64,000 nucleotides of DNA from Dendrobates tinctorius (Eukaryota): the NCBI RefSeq assembly GCF_039654945.1, contig NW_027361819.1:4278001-4342000 (forward strand), given 5' to 3'. The translations under genes and the position numbers were made by a program. Positions 31,256-45,400 of this stretch are shown here, piece by piece. Each line of letters begins with the position of its first letter. Position 1 is the stretch's first letter. The notes under the pieces were generated by a model. It did not search any database. It worked only from the letters and a program-made list of their open reading frames with translations, and was not told where the DNA came from.

Positions 31256-34200
31256 CCCTGGTGCCTACAATCATACTGCAGGCAAAGCCCCATCTCTGGG
31301 TCACAGCAGAACCAAGAGCCCTGACCCACAATCCCCAGCACTCACCTTCTATGTGGAGTCCGGCACAAGGCTGAGGACAGAACGAACAGAACCGGCGCAG
31401 CCTCCTGCTGATTTATAGGCACCTGGGCCCAATGGGTGGAGCGCTGGTCTTAGGCCTCTTTCACACTTCAGTCTTTTTTGCATCAGTCACAATCCGTCAA
31501 AATGTGAAAACACGGATCCAGTGCAGATTGTCCAAAAATTGGTGCACCGGATCCGTTTTATTCGACGGATCCATTGCAGCAGCCACTGTAGGAAATTTAA
31601 AGGAATGGGAGTCGTTCGTTCGAGGGAGAGAGAGAGAAAGAGAACTTTCTGTGCCAGAACGGCTTCCTTCTGGGCATGCTCAGGTGAAAAAGCGGAATCC
31701 GTTGCTGGATTCCGTCATGTGACAGACGGCGACGGATCCGTCACACATAGGCGTCCATTACTGCAGACGACGGACGGCGATCCGTTGCTGTCCGACTTTT
31801 CGACAGAGACAAAAAATGTTCCTGTGGGCGTTTCCCCCGACTTTCCGACGGATCAGTCGCATGATGGACGAAACAGATGTCCATCCATCGCAATCCGTCA
31901 GCAATACAAGTCTATGGGGAAAAAGACGGATCCAGCGGACAAATCCGTCGGATCCGTATTTTTCTCCTAACAACGGATTTTGACTGACGCCAAAAGACTG
32001 AAGTGTGAAACAGGCCTTAGGAGACAGAACATGTGCTCGGCTGCTCTCACGGCTCTGTCTCGTGCTCCACCACTCTCAGGGCTCTGTCATGCGCTCCTCC
32101 GCTCTCAGGGCTCTGTCGTGTGCTCCTCCGCTCTCAGGGCTCTGTCGTGTGCTCCATCGCTCTCACGGCTCTGTCGTGGGCTCCGCCGCTCTCACGGCTC
32201 TGTCGTGGGCTCCGCCGCTCTCAGGGCTCTGTCGTGGGCTCCACCGCTCTCACGGCTCTGTCGTGGGCTCCGCCGCTCTCACGGCTCTGTCGTGGGCTCC
32301 GCCGCTCTCACGGCTCTGTCGTGGGCTCCCCGCTCTCACGGCTCTGTCATGCGCTCTGCCGCTCTCACGGCTCCTTCTTGCGCTCCACCGCTCTCACGGC
32401 TCCTTCTTGCGCTCCGCCGCTCTCACGGCTCCTTCTTGCGCTCCGCCGCTCTAACGGCTCCATCTTGCGCTCCGCCGCTCTCACGGCTCCATCTTGCGCT
32501 CCGCCGCTCTCACGACTCCGTCTTTGGATCTGCCGCTCTCACGGCTCCGTCTTGCGCTCCGCCGCTCTCACGGCTCCTTCTTGCGCTCCGCCGCTCTCAC
32601 GGCTCCTTCTTGCGCTCCCCGCTCTCACGGCTCCTTCTTGCGCTCCGCCGCTCTCACGGCTCCATCTTGCGCTCCGCCGCTCTCACGACTCCGTCTTTGG
32701 ATCTGCCGCTCTCACGGCTCCGTCTTGCGCTCCGCCGCTCTCACGGCTCCTTCTTGCGCTCCCCGCTCTCACGGCTCCTTCTTGCGCTCCCCGCTCTCAC
32801 GGCTCTGTCGTGTGCTCCGCCGCTCTCACGGCTCCTTCTTGCGCTCCACGCTCTCACGGCTCCGTCTTGCGCTCCCCGCTCTCACGGCTCTGTCGTGTGC
32901 TCCGCCGCTCTCACGGCTCCTTCTTGCGCTCCCCGCTCTCACGGCTCCTTCTTGCGCTCCCCGCTCTCACGGCTCTGTCGTGTGCTCCGCCGCTCTCACG
33001 GCTCCTTCTTGCACTCCACGCTCTCACGGCTCCGTCTTGCGCTCCCCGCTCTCACGGCTCCGTCTTGCGCTCCGCCGCTCTCATGGCTCTGTCTTGCGCT
33101 CCCCGCTCTCACGGCTCTGTCTTGCGCTCCCCGCTCTCACGGCTCCGTCTTGCGCTCCGCTGCTCTCACGGCTCCGACGTGCGCTCCGCCGCTCTCACGG
33201 CTCCGTCTTGCGCTCCGTCGCTCTCACGGCTCCGTCTTGCGCTCCGCCGCTCTCACGGCTCCATATTCCGCTCTGCCGCTCTCACGGCTCCGTCTTGTGA
33301 TCTGCCGCTCTCACTGCTCCGTCTTGCACTTTGCCGCTCTCACGGCTCCGTCTTGCGCTCCGCCGCTCTCACGGCTCCGTCTTGCGCTCCGCCGCTCTCA
33401 CGGCTCCGTCTTGTTCTCCGCCGCAGCAGAGCAATGTTTAATATGTGGACGTGCCGTCCAGGGAGGTTTTCTTACATAAATGTATATCAGACCACAAAAA
33501 AATATTAAATCATTGTGTGAAAATTTCTTGAAATTTATTGATGAGGATTTTTTGCGCAGCGCCCTATAGATCTAGCAGAGTAAGGGTGTGTGCACACGTT
33601 GCGGATGCTGTGCGGATTTTTCCGCGCAGAATCTGCATCTCTTGGCAGAATCCACAGGTCAAAATCCGCGCGTTTTTATGCGGATTTCCTGCGGATTTAT
33701 TGTGGATTTCGGCTGCATTTTTACACCTGCGGATTTCTATAATGGAATGAGTGTAAAAACCGCTGCGGAATGCACACAAAGAATTGAACCGCTGCGGAAT
33801 GCACACAAAGAATTGACATGCTGCGGACTCCGTGCGGAATTTTCCGCAGCATGTGCACAGCCAGTTTTTTTTTTACATAGGTTACCATTGTATTGTAAAT
33901 CACTTGCAGATCTGCAGAGGATCCGCAACATGTGTGTGGCGCCCCCAGGAGTATGGTCGCCACAGTGGCATTGCCCTCCTCCAGGGAGGGTGATGTCGTG
34001 CGTGGAGGCAATGAAGGGTCTCTCTGACAGTTAATCTCTACATACAACACAGTTCACACTCCAGGCCAGCAGAGGGAGCTCTGAACCTGAATTGGGGGAG
34101 GAGTGCTCTCTGGGGGCCAGGAAGGGAAATGAGGAGTTAAGCTATGTGCACACGCTGCAGATTCATCTGCGTTTTTTTCTGCGCGGATCCGCAGGTAAAA

Positions 34201-37200
34201 CCGCAGGTCAAGTGATCTGCGGATTATCCTGCGGATTTGCCCTGCGGTTTCACACCTCTACTATGGTAAAGGTGTGAAACCGCTGCGGAAAACGCCCAAA
34301 CAATTGACATGCTGCAGTGTTATGAATGAGTCACCGTAGGAGGCAAAAGCAGAAATACAAGCTAAGTCCAGAAAACCAGAGAAGTTGGCAACTATCAGAT
34401 TGCAGACCCCTGAACCTATCAACACAACTAGCAGTAGCCGTGGGGGGCTCCTACGATGCCCTAGACCCCTCGATCACAGCCGGAGAGATACATAGGCCTA
34501 AAGAAAGAAAGGGGAAATCTAAACTGCCCCAGAGCAGACCCCAAAGCAATAGGCAGCCCCCAACATATAATGACGGTGAAGCAAGATGAAAATACTAACA
34601 CAGATAGAAAGATAGACTGAGCAAAGACGGGGCCCCAAAACTACCTAGATAGGAAAGGACAGGAAGGCTGCTGTCTGCAATCTGCCAAAAACCTATCAGA
34701 GACAAAAGCCAACAAGCTGATATGAAAAAGGCCCTGAAGCAGCTAGGCTTCAAAAACTGAATCAGCACTCAGGTATTTTCAGAAGACAGAGCTAAATGAA
34801 TTCAGCACACCCCAGCAGGGAATGGCAGAAATCCAGAAAAACAAAGCAAAAACAAAGTCAAAGCACAAAAGCAAAAGGCCGAGCAGCAAACTTAGCTTTG
34901 GAGGAGCAGGAATTCAGACTGGTCTCCAAGGATCCCACAGAGAAATCACCCGCAGGGCAGAAGGGCGTCGGCAGCCTTATATCCACTCCGTAACTCCACT
35001 CAGCCAGTCACAATCATCAGCCTCAGGTGTTTGACAATCAGGTTCACTACCTTTCTTTACCAGGAGAGGGAGTTCCTCGGGCCTCAGTAATGAAGGGGAA
35101 AATGAACTCACAACACTGCAGTTTGTAAACCGCAGCAAAACCGCGCGGAAAAAAACGCACCGTGAGCACAGCTTTTTTGAAACCCCATAGGGTTTAATTG
35201 TACTGTACTTTGTCAGCGGAACTGCTGCGTTTCCGCAGGGGCAAAACCGCTGCAGAAACGCAGCAGAATCCGCACCGTGTGCACATAGCCTTAGTGTGAG
35301 GACTCAGGAGGGCAACGAGTGTAGACGTGTGGAGAGAAGCTGGAGGTTGAGCTGAGGACAGAGAGCTCCCTCCCAGTGAGAGCGCATGATCTGGAGCCTG
35401 GTCTCCACGGTTGTATGGATACTGAAGGTCCTGCAACAGAAACCAGAGGAGTAGGAAGCTGTAAATGCTCTATTCCCAACTAAGACTCGGAGACACAACA
35501 GCGACGGGTGAGCCAAGAGAGATAGAGGGCTACAGCTGTCAGCCATACGAGGTAGTTCTAAGAGATGATAAGAAGGAGGAACTTCAGAGTAACACTGTAC
35601 TGCATGTACCTCAAGCCAGCGCCACGGACCGAGTCACCGCTGCTGTGACAACCCCCTCTGAGAGACCGGCCCGGTACCGAGTACCCCACAGCCCTGGGAG
35701 GGCGACCCACGTGCACAGACCCTAATAGAAATTGACTCGTTGCGGATGTGAAACTCGGGGTTTACACGGAGTATACAGGCGTCCAGGGCAGGAGATTCCT
35801 ATAAATCCTTCTACTTATTAGACGTTGAGTTTTTGATGCAGTGAAAATCCCCAGAGTCACAAACTCATCGTGTGAACACGGCCGCAAACATTTTCCTAAC
35901 AGCATCGAAGCCGCCGCTGATTCCAGCCTAAGGCCATGTTCACATACAGCGATGAGAGGCACAGGAAACATTTTATATCGCACCTTAAGGCTATGTGCAC
36001 ACGGTGCGGATTCTGCTGCGGATCCGCAGTGTTTCAGGCTCTGCAGCAGATTTAGCTGCGGTGTACAGTACCATTGTTTTCAATGGTAAAATGAAAATCG
36101 CTGTGCACATGCTGCGGATATTTCCGTGCGGTTTTGCTGCGGGTTCAAATTGCAGCATGTCAATTCTTTGTGCAGAATCCGCTGCAGTTTCACACCTTCT
36201 CCATTGTAGAGGTGTGAAACCGCAGGCTAATCCGCAGGTAAACCACAAGTCTTCTGACCTGAGAATTTACCTGCGGATTTTTCCAAATCCGAGTGGAAAA
36301 ATCCACAGGATCAAAATCTACGTGTGCACATAGCCTTATGGCGCTGGTGCCGGGAATTTCACCCCATCACGCTGGAACATTCTGGGCCTTTCGCTTCCTA
36401 GATTATAAATTTGTTGAAATGTTATATATCTCATAAATAAGATATTCTTTTCTCAGAGGAAACATAATGGTCTTTTCCAACATATATGTCAGTTTGTTTT
36501 TTCAGTTTTTTTTTCCAATAAATTTATAAAAAGTCCAAAAAATCTAGAAACCAAAACCATTCATCCCAACTTTACAGAAGGAAAAAAGGGACAAATTATG
36601 TGGCGCATGTAGCGGCAATTTTGGCTACGCCCCTGGTCACACCCCCAAGCCACACGCCCATTTACCATTTCTTTCTCCCATGGCTGGAGGAGTTGTCAGA
36701 GGGGCGCTGGCAGTGAGGGAAGTTTAGCAGACGCTTGAGGCTGCTGGGCATAGACCCAAATCCAGGATTGTCCACTGTATCCGGGGCTGTCCGCTGTATC
36801 CGGGGCTGTCCGCTGTATCCGTGGCTGTCCGCTGTATCCGGGGTTTGTCCACTCTATCCGGGGGGCTGTCCGCTGTATCCGGGGCTGTCCGCTGTATCCG
36901 GGGCTGTCCGCTGTATCCGGGGGCTGTCCGCTCTATCCGGGGGCTGTCCGCTCTATCCGGGGGCTGTCCGCTCTATCCGGGGGCTGTCCGCTCTATCCGG
37001 GGGCTGTCCGCTCTATCTGGGGGCTGTCCGCTGTATCTGGGACATGTCCACTGTATCCAGGGCTGTCCGCTGTATCCGGGACTGTCCGCTGTATTCGGGG
37101 GCTGTCCACTCTATCCGGTGGGCTGTCCGCTGTATCCAGGGGCTGTCCGCTGTATCCGGGGGCTGTCCACTGTATCCGGGGGCTGTCCACTGTATCCGGG

Positions 37201-40200
37201 GGCTGTCCACTGTATCCGGGACTGTCCACTGTATCCGGGGCTGTCCACTCTATCCGGTGGGCTGTCCGCTGTATCCTGGTCCATCCGCTGTATCCGGGGC
37301 TGTCCGCTGTATCCGGGGGCTGTCCACTGTATCCGGGGGCTGTCCGCTGTATCCGGGGGCTGTCCACTCTATCCGGTGGGCTGTCCGCTGTATCCAGGGG
37401 CTGTCCGCTGTATCCGGGGGCTGTCCACTGTATCCGGGGGCTGTCCACTGTATCCGGGGGCTGTCCACTGTATCCGGGACTGTCCACTGTATCCGGGACT
37501 GTCCACTGTATCCGGGGCTGTCCACTCTATCCGGTGGGCTGTCCGCTGTATCCTGGTCCATCCGCTGTATCCGGGGCTGTCCGCTGTATCCGGGGGCTGT
37601 CCACTGTATCCAGGGGCTGTCCGCTGTATCCGGGGCCTCCGGTGCAGATTCCTGTGTCTCTGGTACAGATCAGTGCTCCCTGGCGGATGGACCGGAGGCC
37701 ACGAATCTCTGACCTTCCAGCGTCCCCTGCGGCTTTTGCTCCCCCAGGGCCGGAGCGACGTCCTCTGTGCACCCGACTCCTCTCTAGTTGGAACCTGTGG
37801 ATTATTTCTTGTTCTTCATTCACAGTCGGAGCCGCCAGAACTTTCTCATCTTTCTGTAGCGTCACTATATGACGTCTGGTGTCTGTAAGGCCGTGTTCAC
37901 ACGGTGCAGAAATACTGTGTTTCTTGTTTTCTGCAGGATCCGCACCAATCTGCACAATAACTATCTTCTCCCCCTTATGTGATGAGTTTTTAATGTGTTT
38001 TTTATAGGACAGAAAAGCTTTGATTCTTAATAAATTATGGACACTGATGGTCCTGCAGCAGACACCGGTGGAGTAGTGGGCTGTAAATGCACTACTCCCA
38101 TCTAAGACTTGAGGGCACAACAGCAACATTGATAGTGAGCCGGGACTCAGGAGTGAGGAGTCCCCGAAGCAGGCTCCAGCTGTCTGCCGTACAAGTAGAG
38201 TTCTTGGGAACATCTGTCAGGAGGCACTCCAGTGTAACTCAGTACTAGGAGATCTTCACACTTAAAGGCGCTATAGGGGAGACGTTCAGAAAGGCACATG
38301 TTGGCGGAGCGTTGGAAGGGAGCATTCCATCTGACCTGGAGGTTGACTGAGTCCCTGACCCGGAGGACACGGCACGGAGGCAGGCACCGGTGTGTACTAC
38401 AGACTGTGAGTAAAGCTTTGGAACTACAAGCCCCGGTGTCCTCCATTCATTCCCGTGCCAACACACCCAGCACTGCTACATCTGGGTACCAGCTTCTACA
38501 CCGCTTGTGCCTCTCCTCTTCCCCTACATCCACACTGCCCTGGGGCTACAGCTCCACCTGTGGGGAGCTTCACCATCTTGGCTGCAACACACCACCAGCC
38601 CCAGTGGATCTGTCTGCAGTGTCGGCCTAACATCTCACTTGCCGAGCACCACAGGTGGCGTCACGAACTATTCATCTAGCTACATTTCACATCTTCCTAT
38701 TACTTGGGTGCCCAGGGCCACGGTCCGGGTCACTGCTGCTGTGACACATCCCACTGATACCAGCCCGGTACCGAGTACCCCACAGCCCTGGGAGGGCAGC
38801 CCATTAACTTAGTGGCCATCCCAGCTGGGGAGGTGGTAAGTGGGCTCAGGAAGCAAGTCCCTGGTTGTTAGGCATTTACCATGAAGCTAATGGAGAACTA
38901 ATAAGTATTGTTGAGAAGGCCACAAGTTGGAGAGTGTGTAGCCACAAAAGATTTAAGGGATCAAGAAGATCCAGGAACGAGTTCTACAGAAATTGACCAA
39001 TACTAATAATTGCCGGAGTGCAGCAATAGAAGGAGAACCAATAAGAAGACGCCTTCCACCATCGGTGACTACCTGCCGTAGCATAGTCAGAGCTGAGGGA
39101 GGCGAAATTCCCCTAGGCAGCTAGAAGGAATGGGCTGTGGGTCAACATGTAAAACTGGACTTCTAACTGTGCGGATTTGGCAGCCTAACAAATCTTGTTG
39201 GAAGACTGCAGCGCAGCCAATCAAAAAGCTTTAAGGCTGTTGGCACTTCTGGCCTCATCACAGCCATGCCAACTAACGGCATGGCTGCGAATGGCTGGCA
39301 CACCATGTGACTCAGCCTGACGATGTCAAATAAATAAAAAAAATAAATAAACCGACATGGGGTCCCCCTATTTTGTATAACCAGCTAAGGCAAAGCAGAC
39401 AGCTGGTGTGGCTATTAATAAGCTCCATGATGCACCAATTCTGGCACTTAGCCTAGGCTCTTCCCGATTGCCCTGGTGCGCTTGTGTTGGCATTATACTT
39501 TAAGACACCCTTCTCATGGCCTCCATAATGTGTGGGGAACTTACTTTAGAATGACTGCAATGTTGTTAGCCATGTTCTTTATTGACCTCTTCGAATAGTA
39601 TTTTTATTTTGGGGGTAGGGGCCCAGCTAGGATTTCTGCGTTGGGGGCCCCATGATTTTTTTTTGTATGCTTCTACCTGAGAGCTATAGCTTTTTTACTT
39701 TTCCATCCCCATCGCAGTATGAGGACTGGTATTCTGCAGGACAAGTTGTAGTGTTGAAGGACATCATTCACTTTGCCGCAATGTACTAGACACTGGGAAC
39801 AGCAATTTCAAGTGCGTTGAACTGGCAAAAAAAGTAATTTCCCCGTTAACTTTTCAGTTTGTTTACAGCCTTTATTGTGAGGTAAAAATGACATGACAAT
39901 TCTCCAGGTCAGTACGGGATCCTCGCCAAAATCCTCTAGCAAAAAAAAAAATAAAAAAAATTGAAAACTCTGAGAAATATTTCAATTCAATATTTCCTTT
40001 ACAGCAGCCCAACAGATGAGGATATACTCCTCCCTGGGGGTAGATAGGACAGGTGGAAGTTATAGTTTAGCCCTGAGCCTCCACCTCCTTGTACTTTGAG
40101 ATCTGAGCCGTAGGAGAAGCCCTAGGGATTTTCTTGTTACAGAAGGAATGGTTTAGTATTAAACCTGTTTCCCCAATGTGGAGGCAGCAGGGTACAGCCA

Positions 40201-42414
40201 CAGCCCTGTAACAGTCTAGTAAAAGCTTAAAAATACAGAGGGGAGGAGCTTGGGTCACCATCTATAGAGCGCAATTCTCACTGTCCTATCAGCTCGCAGG
40301 GTGGAGAAGATCCGCGTGGGGTTACAGTCTCATTCGTCACTTCCTGTCCAACGGAATTTTAGCTTTTAGCTTACATTTCTGAAGATATAATAACTCCCCT
40401 TTATCCTGGATGTAGTATTTGTGGTGAGTAGAAGAAATGAAGGCATTTTCCAGGAGTATTTTTGGTTTTCTCTGAATGGAGGAAGAGCTGAGGTGTAATA
40501 ATTGTGAAGCTGCGCTCCTGCTGCCCGGACTGAGAGGTGACAAAGCCACGCGGGGGAAGCCGGACATTTACTGCGATGTGTCCTCCTCTACAGACAGAGC
40601 TGATCCAATTCATATGGGGTCGATCTCACCTGTGAACAAGCCTCCCTGGCTGACAGATGTAGCAGAGCTGAGGTTTCCTTAATCACTAACAGGTAAATAC
40701 AACATGTTAGTGATTCAGGAAACCTCAGCTTTGCTACATCTGTCAGCCAGGGAGGCCTGCTCACAAGTCGACACTTAAAAGCAACCCGCCATGTTTAGTT
40801 ACTGCCCTCCAATTGCCACCGTGGCTCAGTTCCGAGTGACGGTTCTCTTCCCCCCCCCCATGTTAGAAGCCACAGTGTCATGTGGAGAAGAGCAGTAGAA
40901 CTAAACCACACCTTCTCTTCCTTTTCTGTGCTATGGGATAGGACCGTCAGGGAAGGCATGGCTTCAACTTATCACTGCTCTCCACATGACATTGGTTATT
41001 TCCTCAGCCACAAAATGCGTGAGAAAGTTACTAGTCTGGCCCAGAGTAGAGTACCCCTTTAAGCAATAGCTTTACCATAAGGGCATGGAATCAAAACACT
41101 GACCAACAGCACGTCTTCAGATTGAAAACCGCTCTTGACATTAGTTCTGCTTCGGCACTGAAGTATACCCTGAATTAAAGTGCTTGGCTATTTCTCAATG
41201 CCAATGGGTTTTTAGCTGAGAACAGTGTCTTATTCTGGATGACCAGACCTTTACCCATCTAGTGTTAGTTCATAAAAGCTTTAGTCCTAAATCCTCATTT
41301 AAAGATTTTGTAGCAGACCCAAAATAGAAATTGAAGCCAGGACATCATGGCGAACAGCTCCAAAGATGAACGCCTCCTCACCAACTTGCCATAATTCACA
41401 CAAGTTATGGCTAAGGATAGAGAGAGTATCCTCCAACACTTGGAAGAAAATACATTTTGAAAGTGGAAACCATTTTGGGTTCAGGATGCTGTGCCAAGCT
41501 TCAAATAAGATAAAGAGCATGGTTTCCAACCACCAAGATTTTCAGAATTAAAGGATGCACAAACTGCGAGTTTTTAAATATGCATTTAATACATTGGTGT
41601 AAAGCTTACATCATAGGAACATATTACCAGACATCACCAGAGACCTTAGAGAGCCATCAAAGCTTAGAAGTGCATTTACTATAATAGAGCAAAACTACAG
41701 AGAAGATGCGATTAGTGGAAAGTTAAATGGTTGGTGGAAGCACAGATCATGTCTTGCCCCAGTATCACATTCATAGAGCACCAAGAACTGGAGGAACCAA
41801 CACTGATCTTCTGCCAATGAGACATCTATAGCTGGGACCAGACCATTGGCGAATACTTGAACTTGTCACAGAAGTAATAAGGATCCCCAGAACACCTGAT
41901 CAGTGGTCACATCACTGCCAAACAAACATCTTAGTTATGCTATTGACCAAAGAATGATCATCCAGGAGACGAGTTCATGAATTCTGAGTTCAGAGGATGG
42001 CTTTGTAGGACAGTCCCATGTCCTCATCACAATATGCTTTCAGTGAGACTGATGGAGCCTAAAAGAAGGAAGGCAAAACTCAGTTTCTGGATTATTACAT
42101 AGGAGCTCTCAATAGCAGTTTGATAAGTTAGATGTAAAGAGGAAAGATGACTTCGTATAGAGGGCAAGACGAGGCTTAATTATATACTGCATGGATTTCA
42201 TTGCTGGGAGGAGCTATGAGCCTGTGAGTCCTACTGACCCCACCCACACTGCCGATTGGCTGCTCTCCTCAGATGAGTATACATGTGACGGGTCAGCAGG
42301 ACTCAGGCTCACTAGTGGTCCGGACAGCAATTTAGACATACACATGGATTCACCTGATTAAAGCTGTTTATTTTGTTGCTGTGGAAATTACTTACAGTTC
42401 TTGTGTTGCTGATC

Positions 42415-45400
42415 CTAGGAGATATTAAACATTTCCTTTAAGCTGTTGAGGGCATCTTCTCCAGTCATTACCTTCCAGTCTTCAGGCAGTCTTGCAGGTT
42501 CTGCATAAAATTCTTTAGCAAATTCTCTGTTAAATTTGGCGAAAATGAATTTCCAGTAATCTGAGGACTTAATGCTGGGGTCGGGTTGGATGGTCCAGTC
42601 TGGATAGTACGTGCGATACTCTTTGTATAGGTGAAGTTTACAACCAGTGTCTAAATTACTGAATGAATTTTCAGACACAACAGATGACGTACAAATGTCG
42701 GTCACTAATTTTTTTCCTCCTTCCCATCTGTAATGTCCTAAACCTTGAGGTCTATGGACAGATGCAAAGTGTTCGGTATGGTCAGCACCTTCAGCCTCAC
42801 AGGGGACTTTACAGAATGGACACTGATGTCCACATCCAATCACCTTACTGAACAGCTCATCCTGAGGCTTCAGCTTGAGTTTGGAGAGCAAGTCTGGGAA
42901 AGTCATGGACTTAAGCTGTGCCAAGATCTGTTGTTGTGTAGATGCAAGAAAATCCTGACTACTAGTGGAGAACTGACGAACATCAATTGTGTTATTGAAA
43001 GCCGTGATTGCCATTGCTTCCGGTGAAATCACAAGCTTTTCATCCAACGCCTTCTGGACATTTTCTAAGAATCGAGGAATGTCTTCACTCTCCAGAATGG
43101 TCTCATCTCTAAGGACGTCCTTCACATCTTTGAGGACCGAGCTGATGAGAACTGCCTGTAATGGTTGTAGAGTTGCTCGCTCCTCATACATTTCTTTAAT
43201 TTTATTTTGGATCCATTCTTTACAGAAGGTTTCATAAAATTTTGTATATTCAACATATTTTTTCAAAGACAATTCATCCAGTAAGTCCTTCAGTAGACTG
43301 TACTGGAAAAAGCTTCGACTTTTGAATATTTGGTTGCTTGAATCCTCTAAAATGTCATCCACCATCTTCTTCCCCAGATGACTGTAAACGTAATCGATTA
43401 TTGCGGGGCTTAGACACTTCGTGCAGAACTGTTTGACTCTGCTTTGTGATTCATCTTTTGCTTTGAAAACATCAAGAAATACAGTCAGATAATCCGGCTT
43501 CAGGTTGTCCAGACACGTTTTAGGGTCGTTCCTTTCTATAAAGCGATCGTGCATCTGTTGAAATCTGGTTGATGCTTTTCTAAAAATAAAGAGCTTGATG
43601 TCCAACTCAAACTGCAATGTGAAGTGGAGATTTTTATTCTGTTCATCTTCAAGTTTTCTATTAATCATCTGCAGAATTTCCTGGCAATAAGTGTCATCAT
43701 AGTCCTCATTGGTGTTCTCCATCTCGCTGACGTTTCTGTCGCACATTTCTATAAGTGAAGTAGCAAGATGATCAAGCTCGTCATAAGATTCTTTTTTTTC
43801 CCCAGCCATTTGTTCCCATATTTTCGAAAACCAATGCTGATCTATATGGCTTTCATAAATAATAAAGTTACTGTGTTGATCAGCCAACGTATTCTCAGCC
43901 AACAACGCTTCATTTATATCCGGTCCTTTGTGGCTCATGTCATTTCTAAGTTGTCGGAGAATCGCATCACTCACTTTACATCTCTCCAGTTTCTCAATTT
44001 GTAAATCTGACAGAGTCTTCTCCCACATGGCATTAAATTCACGTTTTACTTCTTCATCACTCAGCTTACGGTCCTTCTCTCTGCAGGTTTTCAAGAGTCC
44101 ATCGATTTTCTCTTCAATCAACGCCTGGTACTTCGTCTTGATGTCCCGAATCTTTAGGTTCCCCTTTTGTACAGAAAGTGTTTTTCGATACTTGTCTATC
44201 GCATTTCTCCTGAGCTCTCTTCTTAGACCTGTAATGCTCTTTTTAAAATCTTCCCGATGTTTTTCTATCAAATTAAGGTTTTCCAAATCCCCTTCATAAT
44301 ATTTCTCCAACCGATCGATCATTTTCTTCTCCTCTTTATGCAGCAGTTGATCCAGATCTTTGATTGTCTCGTTAGTGTTTTCATCAAAATTGTGAGTCGG
44401 TTGATTCTTAATGTTCGTTTCTTTCCTCATTACCCAATTATGGACCTCTTTAGTAAAATTCCATTCCCACTGAGAGAACTGCATCGACAGCTTATTATAA
44501 GCTTCAGCCACCAGACTGTTCCTGAAGCTGAAGATGAATTTCTCATTTTTGACAGCATTCCACAAGTTTTTCACCCACTTACAAAAGTCTGGTATTGTTA
44601 AGGCCTTGTCTAGTGTTTTGGTTTGTAGGAATTCTAACAGATATTTTTTAAGTTCTGAAACGTGTTCACTGTACCCAGAGTTTACAGGAGCCATTGGTGG
44701 GACCCCCTTCCACAGCCCGGGGATGTACCAGCTGTGTTTGTCCAAGTCATAGTCCATGACATCACTGAATTTGTCAAAGCCACTTTTCTTTTCCATTTTT
44801 GCAGCCACTTTTGTCATTTCATTTAATTGTTCTAGGAGTTTCTTCCGGTCTCTAATATTCTTGTCATGTGCGGACACGTCGCTCACGTTCTGATGGACAA
44901 ACTGGCAATTTGGTTTCTTGCCAACTTCTTTCATCCTTAGAAATGCATGGACAACTATCTGTAAAATATCCTTCATCTCTGTGGTATTTTCCATGGCCAT
45001 ATTCACTATAGTGATGTCACTCAGCCCAACCACGAGTGTGGCCAACTCATTGTCATGTTCATAACTGTCCTCCAGAGAAAACAATTCAGGAGCCTTCAAC
45101 CCTTCAGTGTCGATCACCAGAATAAATTCACAACCCATCATCTCCTGAAAGTTCTCCTTCACTTTAATGAGAGTCATGAAGGCTCCTCGTGTGCATCGTC
45201 CACTGGCCACAGGGAACTGTAGACCAAACATGGTGTTCAGGAGGGTGGACTTCCCTGTACTCTGCACTCCCAGCACAGTTATCACCCTCATCCTGCATTG
45301 TCCTCCAGTCTTCTTGTTCAGCTTAGTCAGGACATCAGTTATCCATTTTAAGGGAATATTGGAGGCATCTCCATCAATCAGCTCCAATGGAAACCCATCC

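Larger units (their letters stand above)
1..31374. repeat. Tandem segmental duplication, unit 1 (~31.4 kb; phase set by the window edge)
   Basis: Sequence at 1 recurs at 31375 and 62852. The same ORFs recur at 58/31432/62909 and 147/31521/62998, and all internal features are collinear. Confidence 0.97.
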
